A stretch of 63,271 nt of DNA, filler included, from Desulfonatronovibrionaceae bacterium (lineage in GTDB: Bacteria; Desulfobacterota; Desulfovibrionia; Desulfovibrionales; Desulfonatronovibrionaceae), in NCBI GenBank assembly GCA_046539845.1. It is 3 parts of 3 records of this genome, joined end to end, with 100 filler letters (N's around TTAATTAATTAA, not from the genome) between each part and the next. Parts side by side here need not be neighbours in the genome. Positions count along the whole stretch, not along the records: positions 1 to 29,357 come from JBKHGE010000028.1; 2 more parts are not named here. One strand, written 5' to 3'. Shown in pieces: positions 17,819 through 26,912 of the stretch. The stretch's first letter is position 1, and each line of letters starts with the position of its first letter. The notes beneath the pieces are model-generated. The model made no database searches and had not been told where the DNA came from. It was given only the letters and a program-made list of their open reading frames with translations. The position numbers were made by a program, and so were the translations under genes.

Positions 17819-19039
17819 ATGAAGCGATATTTCAGGATCTGCACTCCCCCCGGGGAGGCCCCTTTGGTGGACGACCTCCTCCAGGCCCAGGGATTTAGGG
17901 CCTCGCCCCTGCCTTTCTGGGGAAAGGCCCGCAGGCTGGAGGAGGCGCCTTTCCCCCCGGGTCGTTCCCTGGCCGCTTTTTTTGGCCTTGTCTACATCCA
18001 GGATATCTCCTCTATGCTCCCGCCTTTGACCCTGGCTCCCGGACCGGGGGATCTTGTCTTGGACATGTGCGCCAGCCCAGGGAGCAAGACCGGTATCCTG
18101 AGCGGGTTGACCGGGATAGGCGGGGCGGTTGTGGCCAACGAACCCAATCGCTCCAGGTTGAGTGTCCTGCGCCGCAACCTGCAGCATCAGGGGGTCTTGA
18201 ACGCGGTTACTTCCGCGTACCGTGGTCAGGACCTCCCCCTGCCCCGCGGGATATTCGATTATATCCTTTTGGATGTCCCCTGCAGCGGCTGGGGCACCGA
18301 GGATAAGAATCCCGGGATCCGTGAGTTCTGGAGCGAGGACAGGCTGGACGAGCTTTTGGCCGTGCAAAAAAGGCTGCTTCGGTCCGGGGCCGGTCTTTTG
18401 GCCCCCGGGGGCAGGCTCGTGTATTCCACCTGTACCACCAATGCCCGTGAAAACGAAGAACAGGTGCAATGGGCGGCCGAAGAATGCGGGCTGCAGGTGC
18501 TGCCCACCCCCGGGCCGGAAGGGGCCGCGGTGCGGGCCTGCCCTGGTTTGCCCCTTGCCTTTGAAACCGACTGCTCCCGGGGGGAGGGCCAGGGGTTTTT
18601 TGTCGCCCTTCTGGGCCGGGAGGGAGAACCGGAATCCCGGACCTTTGGTCTGGAACCGAAGGGTTATCCCCGGGATCCCGGCGGGTTTTTGGAGGCTGCG
18701 TATGTGCAAAAAGAGATCCACCGGGTAAAAGACAAATTGTTCCGGGTGCCCGGACCGGTTTTGGGATTTTCCGGTCGCTTTTCCATGCAGGGCTCTTATC
18801 TGGGCAAGGCCAAGAAAAACGGCTGGATTATCGCCCCCCGCCTGCGGGAACTCTTGCCGGAGAATCCGGAGGCTGAAAAGGCCGTGGTTTTCGACGATCC
18901 GGCCGAGCTGGAAGGGTTTGTCCGGGGCCGCAGTCTGACTGCTCCGATCCGGTCCGGGGCGTGCCCCATATACTGGAAGCGGCTTCCCCTGGGCTGGGCC
19001 AGGGCGAAAAACGGCCGACTTCTATGGACCGAAAAATAG
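17819..19039 (+). CDS. RsmB/NOP (RsmF-like) rRNA m5C methyltransferase
   Basis: YIQD.SSM, LDMCASPGSKT, LLDVPCSG and YSTCT...ENE motifs. Confidence 0.92.
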   Translation: MKRYFRICTPPGEAPLVDDLLQAQGFRASPLPFWGKARRLEEAPFPPGRSLAAFFGLVYIQDISSMLPPLTLAPGPGDLVLDMCASPGSKTGILSGLTGIGGAVVANEPNRSRLSVLRRNLQHQGVLNAVTSAYRGQDLPLPRGIFDYILLDVPCSGWGTEDKNPGIREFWSEDRLDELLAVQKRLLRSGAGLLAPGGRLVYSTCTTNARENEEQVQWAAEECGLQVLPTPGPEGAAVRACPGLPLAFETDCSRGEGQGFFVALLGREGEPESRTFGLEPKGYPRDPGGFLEAAYVQKEIHRVKDKLFRVPGPVLGFSGRFSMQGSYLGKAKKNGWIIAPRLRELLPENPEAEKAVVFDDPAELEGFVRGRSLTAPIRSGACPIYWKRLPLGWARAKNGRLLWTEK

Positions 19040-19194
19040 GGGATGTGGCTGTCTTAAAGACAGGGACGGGCCTTGGCAGCGCTTTGTTTTAGTGATTAGC
19101 CCCTCGTCCGGGTATATGCACAGGGCCCGGGTGGTTTCGGCCGGGATATCCCGGGGTGAAGCAGGCCCTTGGAGGAAGACGCGCCTTACTATGT

Positions 19195-20436
19195 TTATAT
19201 GTCCCGGTTTTTAGCCATGGTCCACAGCAGTCCGTCCAGGTGGGCAAGGAGGCGGCCGTAAAGTCCTCCGTATCCGGGGAAACCGCCCACGAGCCTGGTT
19301 TTTTCCTCTTGCAGCCGGCTGTCCCGGCTTGCTTCCGGGGAGGAAGTCCCGCCAGCCAGGACCAGCCTCTCCCGCAGGAGATAGTCCTGCATCCCGGCGG
19401 CAAATTTCTCCCAGGTGCAAAGGAAGTCCTCTTCCCGCTTGGACCAGTATTCCCGGGCCTGTTTGCCCGGGGCTGCGCTGAGGGCCCGGTCGAGCATGGC
19501 CTTTAGGAAATTGATCGCCGACCCGGGAATGCCCCGGCGCCAGCCCAGAAGCCAGGGGCTGCGGCAGGTGAGCAGAAAATGCTCCCGGCCGGTCTGAATA
19601 ATCCGGGAGAGCTCCCGGTCCGCCCGGAGCAGGGCGGGGCAGTCCCAGCCCGGGCGGGTGGAGAAGATGTCCCAGGCAGGTACTGGGGTTTGGGGATGGG
19701 AAGCGTTTATTCCTCTGGCCTGCAGCAGGTGGAGCATTACGCGGTTGGCCTCTTCGGCCTCCGGGCTTTCCAGGTGCGGGTAGCTGAGGAAAAACTCCCC
19801 GCGGCCGAGATTCCCCTGCAGGATGCAGGGTTCGTTTCTAAGCCGGTTCGGGTCTAGGTTTATCCCGTAGGCGGCTTCCCATTTACCTATCTGGTCGCCG
19901 GGGATGTCTTCGCTTTTGAGGTCGGAAACCCAGAAGTCCTCGGCCGGCTCCAGGTAGCGGGACAGAACCGTGACCCCGGGATCTTCTTTCAGGCTGAACT
20001 GGGAGGGCCACCATACAGGGAGCACTGCTGCCTCCGGACCGTTTTCCATATCCAGACTGCAGCGTATATGCCCGCTGAAGTTGGGCAGTCTGTGGTGCAT
20101 GGGCTTGCGACCGCACCTGGACAAGGAGAGGAATCTGTCCTGGCCGGAGGAGGCCAGGCCCAGACCGGCCCCGCCGCAAAACCCCATGTATACGCCCCCG
20201 CTTTGGATATACTCCCTTATCCCAAAACGTCCGGCTTCGCCCAGGGCTTCGGATTTGAGTCTGGCCCATCCGCCGGGAACTAGAAGTATGTCCGGGCGGT
20301 TTTTTTGTAAAAGGCCTGCGGCGACCATGCCTGCGCTGACCACCTCCAGGGGGAAATCCCAGAAGCGGAGGGCGCGCAGGAGCATAAGTCCCCACAGATG
20401 GGACTCGTCCCAGAGCATAAACACCTTGTCGGCCAT
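19195..20436 (-). CDS. BPL-N domain (class I glutamine amidotransferase-like) protein
   Basis: LLVPGG, GGVYMGFCGGA and YPHLE motifs. Confidence 0.75.
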   Translation of the reverse strand: MADKVFMLWDESHLWGLMLLRALRFWDFPLEVVSAGMVAAGLLQKNRPDILLVPGGWARLKSEALGEAGRFGIREYIQSGGVYMGFCGGAGLGLASSGQDRFLSLSRCGRKPMHHRLPNFSGHIRCSLDMENGPEAAVLPVWWPSQFSLKEDPGVTVLSRYLEPAEDFWVSDLKSEDIPGDQIGKWEAAYGINLDPNRLRNEPCILQGNLGRGEFFLSYPHLESPEAEEANRVMLHLLQARGINASHPQTPVPAWDIFSTRPGWDCPALLRADRELSRIIQTGREHFLLTCRSPWLLGWRRGIPGSAINFLKAMLDRALSAAPGKQAREYWSKREEDFLCTWEKFAAGMQDYLLRERLVLAGGTSSPEASRDSRLQEEKTRLVGGFPGYGGLYGRLLAHLDGLLWTMAKNRDI

Positions 20437-20616
20437 GGGGGTATGTCCTAACAGGCTTATCTGCCCGGGACAAGCAGGCCCTTTCCCGTTGCCCGGCCGA
20501 CCCTGAGGTTGATTTTTTGCTCCAAGGGCAATAGATGAATTCTTTTGCCATTTGGTTTAGGATCGCTTCGGATACGAGCAAGGCTTGTCTCAAAACAGAG
20601 AATGGAGAAATATTTT

Positions 20617-23274
20617 ATGGCCAGCAAAGAGCTGCCCAAGGGGTATGAGCCCGGGGCCGTGGAGCAGAAGTGGCTTGACTTTTGGGACGAAAATCGTGCC
20701 TTTACCCCGGAGGCCGCAAACGCGAGCTCCCCGTACTGTATAGTCATTCCCCCGCCGAATGTGACCGGGAGTCTGCATATGGGCCATGCCCTGAATCTGA
20801 CCCTGCAGGACATTTTGTGCCGCTATCACCGCCAGAAGGGCGAGGACGTCCTCTGGGTGCCGGGTACGGACCACGCCGGGATCGCCACCCAGAACGTGGT
20901 GGAAAAATCCCTGGCCGAGCAGGGCCTTTCCCGGGAGGACTTGGGCCGGGAAAAATTCGTGGAAAAAGTCTGGGAATGGAAGGAGGAGTACGGGAACAAG
21001 ATCTTAAATCAGGTCCGCAGACTCGGGGCCTCGGTGGACTGGACCAGGCAGCGTTTCACCATGGACGAGGGGCTTTCCCGGGCGGTGCGCGAGGTGTTTG
21101 TCTCTTTGTATGAACAGGGGCTCATCTACCAGGGGGATTACATAATAAATTGGTGCCCCCGCTGCCATACCGCTCTGGCTGACCTGGAAGTGGAATACGA
21201 GGAAGTTCCCGGCGGGCTGTATCACATAAAGTATCCCCTGGAAGACGGTTTTAAAGAGGTGATCATAGCCACCACCCGTCCGGAAACCATGCTCGGGGAT
21301 ACTGCTGTGGCGGTCAATCCGGCGGACGAGCGCTACAGCGATTTGCCCGGGAAAAATGTGCTCCTTCCCCTGACCGGCCGGAAGATTCCGATTATAGCCG
21401 ACGAGTATGTGGATATGGATTTCGGGACCGGCTGTCTGAAGGTCACCCCGGCCCATGATGTGAATGACTTTGAGCTGGGAAACAAACACGACCTGGAGTT
21501 TTTGCAGGTCATTGACGATAAAGGGAAAATGTCTCCGGAAGCCGGCGAGGAATTCGCCGGACTGGACCGTTTCGAATGCCGTAAAAAGGTGGCCTCCAGG
21601 CTAAAAGAACTGGGTCTTTTGGCCAAGCACAAGGAATACCAGCACAGCGTCGGCCACTGCTACCGCTGCCGCACCCCGATTGAACCGTATGTGTCCAAGC
21701 AGTGGTTCGTAAAGACCGGCCCCCTGGCGGAAAAGGCCTCCCGGGCGGTTTCTGCCGGGGAGACCAAGATCCTGCCCGAGAACTGGGAAAAGACCTATTT
21801 TGAATGGCTGGATAACATCCGCGACTGGTGCATCTCGCGCCAGATCTGGTGGGGACACCGCATCCCGGCCTGGACGTGCCTGGACTGCGGTCGGATGATA
21901 GTGGCCAGGCAGGATCCGGATGTGTGTCCGGACTGCGGTAGTGCCTGTCTGGAGCAGGACGAGGACGTTCTGGACACCTGGTTCTCCTCAGCGCTGTGGC
22001 CTTTTTCCACCCTGGGCTGGCCGGATAAGACCCGGGATCTGCAGACGTTTTATCCCACTTCGGTCCTGGTCACCGGATTTGATATCTTGTTTTTTTGGGT
22101 GGCCCGGATGATGATGATGGGCATCCATTTCATGTCCCGGGTCCCCTTTCGGGACGTGTATATCCACGCCCTGGTCCGGGACGCCCAGGGGCAGAAGATG
22201 AGCAAGTCCAAGGGTAACGTGATCGATCCCCTGTTGACCATCGAGAGATTCGGAGCGGACGCCTTCAGGTTCACCCTGACTGCGTTTGCGGCCATGGGCC
22301 GGGACATAAAGATGTCTGAGGAACGCATCGAGGGATACCGTCATTTTATCAATAAGATCTGGAATGCGGCCCGGTTCGCGCTTATGAACCTGGAGGGAGA
22401 GGTCCCGGATTTCTCTTTGGACAAAGGCTCGGGATTCGCCCATCGCTGGGTCCTGCACCGTCTGGAAGAAGTCAAGGAGAACGTGGCGTCGGCCCTGGAC
22501 GAATACCGATTTAATGATGCGGCCCAGGAGCTGTACCAATTCGTGTGGCACGAACTCTGCGATTGGTATGTGGAAATGGTCAAGCCGGAGCTGCAGAGCG
22601 GGGGAAAAGCCGCAGACGCGGCCCGGTCCTGTCTTCTGCAGGTCCTGGCCGAGACATTGATAATGCTTCATCCCATAATCCCCTTTGTGACCCAGGAGAT
22701 ATGGACCTGCCTGCCCCGGGGCGGCCAAGAGGACCTGGCTTCGGTCCCCTATCCGCAGAAGAGACCGGAGTGCAGGGACGAAGATATAGTCCGGGACATG
22801 GAGTTTATGCAGGAAGTGGTCGTGGCTGTGCGTAATATACGGTCTGAGCTGGGCATCTCCCCCTCGCGCCGCCTACGGGTCCTGGTCCGGGCCCGTGGGG
22901 AGGACAGGGATTTTCTGCTCGAGCATGCCGAACTCGTTCGCCATCTGGCCCTGGTTGAGGAGCTGGAGGTAGAAGGGGATCTGAGCGTCCCCCAGGGCGC
23001 GGCCAGCCAAGTGGTCAAGGGGTACGAGCTGTTCGTCCCCCTGCAGGGGTTGGTGGATTTTGACAGTGAACTGGCCCGGCTGGACAAGGAACTGACCAAG
23101 CTGGACAAGGAGTTGGACATAGTCGGCCGCAAGCTGGCCAACGACGATTTTGTGCACAAGGCCCCCCCGCATATAGTGGATAAGGAGCAGGACAAGGCGA
23201 ACAGGCTGGAGGAAAAAAAGGCCAAACTTATGGACCTGCATTCCCGTCTGGAGAAATACGCGGCCAAGCGGTAG
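20617..23274 (+). CDS. valS: Valine--tRNA ligase
   Basis: PPPNVTGSLHMGH, DHAGIATQ, DWCISRQ and KMSKS motifs; C-terminal coiled coil. Confidence 0.98.
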   Translation: MASKELPKGYEPGAVEQKWLDFWDENRAFTPEAANASSPYCIVIPPPNVTGSLHMGHALNLTLQDILCRYHRQKGEDVLWVPGTDHAGIATQNVVEKSLAEQGLSREDLGREKFVEKVWEWKEEYGNKILNQVRRLGASVDWTRQRFTMDEGLSRAVREVFVSLYEQGLIYQGDYIINWCPRCHTALADLEVEYEEVPGGLYHIKYPLEDGFKEVIIATTRPETMLGDTAVAVNPADERYSDLPGKNVLLPLTGRKIPIIADEYVDMDFGTGCLKVTPAHDVNDFELGNKHDLEFLQVIDDKGKMSPEAGEEFAGLDRFECRKKVASRLKELGLLAKHKEYQHSVGHCYRCRTPIEPYVSKQWFVKTGPLAEKASRAVSAGETKILPENWEKTYFEWLDNIRDWCISRQIWWGHRIPAWTCLDCGRMIVARQDPDVCPDCGSACLEQDEDVLDTWFSSALWPFSTLGWPDKTRDLQTFYPTSVLVTGFDILFFWVARMMMMGIHFMSRVPFRDVYIHALVRDAQGQKMSKSKGNVIDPLLTIERFGADAFRFTLTAFAAMGRDIKMSEERIEGYRHFINKIWNAARFALMNLEGEVPDFSLDKGSGFAHRWVLHRLEEVKENVASALDEYRFNDAAQELYQFVWHELCDWYVEMVKPELQSGGKAADAARSCLLQVLAETLIMLHPIIPFVTQEIWTCLPRGGQEDLASVPYPQKRPECRDEDIVRDMEFMQEVVVAVRNIRSELGISPSRRLRVLVRARGEDRDFLLEHAELVRHLALVEELEVEGDLSVPQGAASQVVKGYELFVPLQGLVDFDSELARLDKELTKLDKELDIVGRKLANDDFVHKAPPHIVDKEQDKANRLEEKKAKLMDLHSRLEKYAAKR

Positions 23275-23383
23275 GCGGGCAGCTGCCTACAGGGATCTGG
23301 GTTTTGATCTACCCGGCCCTTGGCGGGCGGGGGAGAATCCATGCCCAGCCTCGAAAAACCAAATGTATACAAGGGTTTGATAT

Positions 23384-24895
23384 ATGGGAAAAGTATATCT
23401 GATAGGGGCCGGGCCCGGGGATCCGGGGCTTTTGACCCTGAAGGGGAAAGAGATCCTGGAAACCGCGGACGTGGTGGTCTATGACTATCTGGCCAATAAG
23501 GAGTTTTTGTCTTTTTGCCGCCCGGATGCGGAGTTCGTGTATGTGGGCAAGAAAGGCGGGGAGCACACCCTGCCCCAGGAAGAGATAAACGATCTTTTGG
23601 TCCAAAAGGCGGGTCAAGGCCTGAACGTGGCCCGGCTTAAGGGCGGGGACCCGTATGTCTTCGGCCGGGGCGGGGAGGAGGCCGAAGACCTTTTGCGTTC
23701 CGGGGCGGAATTCGAGGTGATTCCCGGAGTGACCTCTGCGGTGGCGGCGCCGGCTTACGCCGGTATCCCGCTCACTCATCGCGAGTATTCCTCCTCGGTC
23801 TCGTTTATCACCGGGCACGAGGACCCGAGCAAGGAAAAGAGTGCTCATAACTGGGAGGCCCTGGCCTCCGGGACCAGCACCCTGGTCTTTTTCATGGGGG
23901 TCAAAAACCTGGCCTCGATCAGCCGCAATCTGCTCCGGGCGGGAATGGATCCGCAGACCCCGGCCGCCTTGGTCCGCTGGGGGACCACCTGCCGCCAGCA
24001 GACGGTGTCCGGGACTATCTCGGATATCCCCGCCGTGGCCGAGGAAAAGGGCATTAAGCCTCCGGCCCTTTTGGTGGTCGGCGATGTGGTCCGACTCAGA
24101 TCCAGGTTGAACTGGTTTGAGCGGCTTCCGCTTTTGGGACGCCGGGTGGTGGTCACCCGGGCCAGACAGCAGGCAAGCGGCCTAGTCCGCCGTCTGGAGG
24201 ATCTCGGGGCCTGCTGCCTGGAGTTCCCCACCATCAGTATCCGGCCCCTGGAGGACTATTTTGCAGTGGACGAGGCCATCACCGGGCTGGACATGTATGA
24301 CTGGCTCGTGTTCACTTCAGTAAACGGGGTCACCCACTTTTGGGAGCGTTTGCGTCGGGCCAATCTGGATGCCCGGGCTTTGGGCTACTGCCGGGTGGCG
24401 GCTATAGGCCCGGCTACTGCCGACGCCCTGAGGGACAGGGGAGTGCATCCGGATTTTGTCCCGGACAAGTATGTGGCCGAGTCTGTTGTCTCCGGACTGC
24501 TGGATCTGGGGGTAAAGGGATCTTCGGTGCTTATCCCCAGAGCGAAAGAGGCCCGTGAGGTATTGCCCCGGGAGCTAGAGCGGGCCGGGGCCAGGGTGAG
24601 CGTCTTGCCGGTCTACGAGACCACCCTGGCGGAGAGCGGGGACCCCAGCGCTTTGCTCGGAAACGGGGATGTGGGCTATGTGACCTTTACCAGTTCATCC
24701 ACGGTGCGCAATTTCTTTTCCCTGATCCCGAAAGAGACTGTCCGGGAGTGGGTTGAAAACGGTTTGTGCTTGGCCTGCATTGGGCCGGTGACAGCGGATA
24801 CCCTGCGTGAGTTCGGCTTCGAGCCCCAGGTAATTGCCCGGGAATACACCATTCCCGGCTTGGTGGATGCCCTGATCAGCCACGCTGAAAAATAG
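23384..24895 (+). CDS. cobA: Uroporphyrinogen-III methyltransferase/synthase fusion (CobA-HemD)
   Basis: GAGPGDPGLLT and RLKGGDP..FGRGGEE, followed by a HemD domain (VVTRA, FTSVNGV, FTSSSTV). Confidence 0.95.
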   Translation: MGKVYLIGAGPGDPGLLTLKGKEILETADVVVYDYLANKEFLSFCRPDAEFVYVGKKGGEHTLPQEEINDLLVQKAGQGLNVARLKGGDPYVFGRGGEEAEDLLRSGAEFEVIPGVTSAVAAPAYAGIPLTHREYSSSVSFITGHEDPSKEKSAHNWEALASGTSTLVFFMGVKNLASISRNLLRAGMDPQTPAALVRWGTTCRQQTVSGTISDIPAVAEEKGIKPPALLVVGDVVRLRSRLNWFERLPLLGRRVVVTRARQQASGLVRRLEDLGACCLEFPTISIRPLEDYFAVDEAITGLDMYDWLVFTSVNGVTHFWERLRRANLDARALGYCRVAAIGPATADALRDRGVHPDFVPDKYVAESVVSGLLDLGVKGSSVLIPRAKEAREVLPRELERAGARVSVLPVYETTLAESGDPSALLGNGDVGYVTFTSSSTVRNFFSLIPKETVREWVENGLCLACIGPVTADTLREFGFEPQVIAREYTIPGLVDALISHAEK

Positions 24896-24976
24896 ATTCT
24901 TTTGCCTGCGGACTTGTCGGAAAACGATTCGGGCATGCAGGGCGATCTTGGGTCTAAAACAACGGGACGAGAACAG

Positions 24977-25657
24977 ATGTCTTTACCCCTAGCTGTGCTC
25001 ATTTCCGGGAGCGGTTCCAATCTGCAGTCGCTTATAGACAGTATTGAGGCCGGCCGGCTCAAGGCGCGCATAGAGACGGTGGTCAGCAACACAGCGGATG
25101 CATACGGCCTGCAGAGGGCGGAAAGGTACGGCCTCCGGACGCAGGTCCTGCCGCACGGCGACTATCCCTCCCGGGAGGAATACGACAGGGAATTGGTCCG
25201 GGCGATAAAACTGGCCGGGGCCGGGGCGGTTGTTCTGGCCGGATTCATGCGTATCCTCAGCCCGGAATTTATCCACGCCTTTGAGGGCAGGATTGTAAAC
25301 ATCCATCCCGCACTGCTGCCTGCCTTCCCCGGCATAAACGCCCAGAAGCAGGCCCGGGAGTACGCGGTCAAGCTGTCCGGGTGTTCCGTGCATTTTGTGG
25401 ACGAGAAGATGGACCACGGCCCGGTGATAATCCAGGCAGCAGTGCCCTGCTACAGCGAAGATGATACCGACTCGCTTCAAAAGAGGATCCTTTCCTTTGA
25501 GCACCGCATCTATCCCCAGGCTGTGCACTGGCTGGCTGAAGACCGCCTGCGCATCCGCGGCAGGGAAGTCCGGGTCCTGGAGGCCCCCGCTCCGGGGATC
25601 TATTGCGGGGAGAAAGGGAGCGCACTGATCAATCCCGGTTTGGAGCCCGGATTCTAG
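24977..25657 (+). CDS. purN: Phosphoribosylglycinamide formyltransferase
   Basis: ISGSGSNLQ, LAGFMRIL, NIHPALLP and MDHGPVI motifs. Confidence 0.96.
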   Translation: MSLPLAVLISGSGSNLQSLIDSIEAGRLKARIETVVSNTADAYGLQRAERYGLRTQVLPHGDYPSREEYDRELVRAIKLAGAGAVVLAGFMRILSPEFIHAFEGRIVNIHPALLPAFPGINAQKQAREYAVKLSGCSVHFVDEKMDHGPVIIQAAVPCYSEDDTDSLQKRILSFEHRIYPQAVHWLAEDRLRIRGREVRVLEAPAPGIYCGEKGSALINPGLEPGF

Positions 25658-25904
25658 CCTCCTCCGGGGACCCATCCGTTTGATAACCCCGCCCAGCCCA
25701 AAGATAGAAAATACGTCCCGAAGCAAAAATCGCATTTTTTCCGGAACGTTATATATTGGCCCGGCCTAACAAACTCTTTTCTTTGCTGATAATTTTAGTT
25801 GCTCCCTTGTCTGGGCAGTGATAGTATTTTTTTAGTTCTGGCAAACGGAAGTCGTTCCGACCAAAGGGGTTGGAACGATCCGGCTTCCAGGCGAGAATCG
25901 CTTA

Positions 25905-26153
25905 GTCACTTCAGGCGGCCTGCGGGCCTTAAAAGGGAACGCCGGTGAGAATCCGGGACGGTCCCGCCGCTGTGAGTTCCGTGAATGCTTTTTCGGTGTC
26001 CACTGTCCGGCACTCAATTTTTGGGAGAAAAGTTTTTTGGCTGCTTATCTTTGGCATAAAGATTCAACCGATGACTTTCTAAGGGAACAAAAAATTAAGT
26101 GCCGGGCGGGAAGGGAAAAAGACTGGGACGAGTCAGAAGACCTGCCTGAAGAC
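25905..26153 (+). ncRNA. Cobalamin riboswitch
   Basis: CTTCAGGC...TTAAAAGGGAACGCCGGTGAGAATCCGGGACGGTCCCGCCGCTGTGA...CCACTG...GGGAAGG...GAGTCAGAAGACCTGCCTGAAG (B12 box), upstream of nrdG/nrdD. Confidence 0.93.
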
Positions 26154-26216
26154 ACGCTTTGTTCCGGGGGTACGCGGATGCACCCGGAGCGGTCCTGCAA
26201 CTGTTAAGTCGTTGTC

Positions 26217-26912
26217 ATGTCTGTTATAATCAGTTCATCGTCGTGGCATATGCTGCGCGGATTCGAACCCATGAGCCTCTGCGACTGGCCGGGTCGGATC
26301 AGTTGCGTGCTTTTTTTCGGCGGCTGCAATCTGCGCTGTCCGACCTGCCATAATTATCAGCTGGCCTGGTACCCGGGCGAGGCCGCGGCCGTGGACGCGA
26401 AAAAGACATTGGAAGCGATTCATGCCCGTATGAATTGGCTGGACGGGATCGTTCTCACCGGCGGGGAGGTAACCATCCTCTCCGGGATTATGGAGATCCT
26501 CTTTGATCTGCGCCGGCTTGGTCCCGGCCTTAAGCTGGACACCAACGGCATGCGTCCGGACGTGGTCCGCGCGGTCCTGGAAGAGGGGCTTGCGGATATG
26601 TTTGCCGTGGATATCAAGGGGCCGTGGGATAAATACTCCCAGCTTACCGGAGAAAGAGTCGGTCCCCGGGAGGCCGAGGACAATCTGGATCAGATCTTTG
26701 CCTTGGCCAAAGAGAACCCGGATAAATTTTATTTCCGGTGCACCAAGGTGCCTGAGCTTACCCCCCAGGATCTGGAGAGGACCGCTGCTTATCCCCCCCG
26801 GGGGATGGAACTCCGCTTCCAGGAGTACGTGCCCCCAGGCATAGAGAAAGAAGTAAACGAGAACGCGGCCGAAGAGGCCGAAATTCAGGAGGATCCATGC
26901 CCAAGCAGATAA
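26217..26912 (+). CDS. nrdG: Anaerobic ribonucleotide reductase activating radical-SAM enzyme
   Basis: SLCDWPG, GCNLRCPTCHN (CxxxCxxC), TGGE and KLDTNG motifs. Confidence 0.93.
   Translation: MSVIISSSSWHMLRGFEPMSLCDWPGRISCVLFFGGCNLRCPTCHNYQLAWYPGEAAAVDAKKTLEAIHARMNWLDGIVLTGGEVTILSGIMEILFDLRRLGPGLKLDTNGMRPDVVRAVLEEGLADMFAVDIKGPWDKYSQLTGERVGPREAEDNLDQIFALAKENPDKFYFRCTKVPELTPQDLERTAAYPPRGMELRFQEYVPPGIEKEVNENAAEEAEIQEDPCPSR

Noticed and set aside
20437..20616. T-box leader upstream of valS
   Set aside because: No GGTGG-ACC T-box or terminator/antiterminator visible.
25746..25761. NrdR-box-like ACGTTATATATTGGCC upstream of nrdG/nrdD
   Set aside because: Only the core matches and no tandem second box is evident; it cannot be supported without a PWM scan.
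25838..25890. GGCAAAC plus hairpin before the B12 riboswitch as a possible c-di-GMP-I riboswitch
   Set aside because: Lacks the GNRA loop, GCAAA linker and second stem; just an unassigned hairpin.
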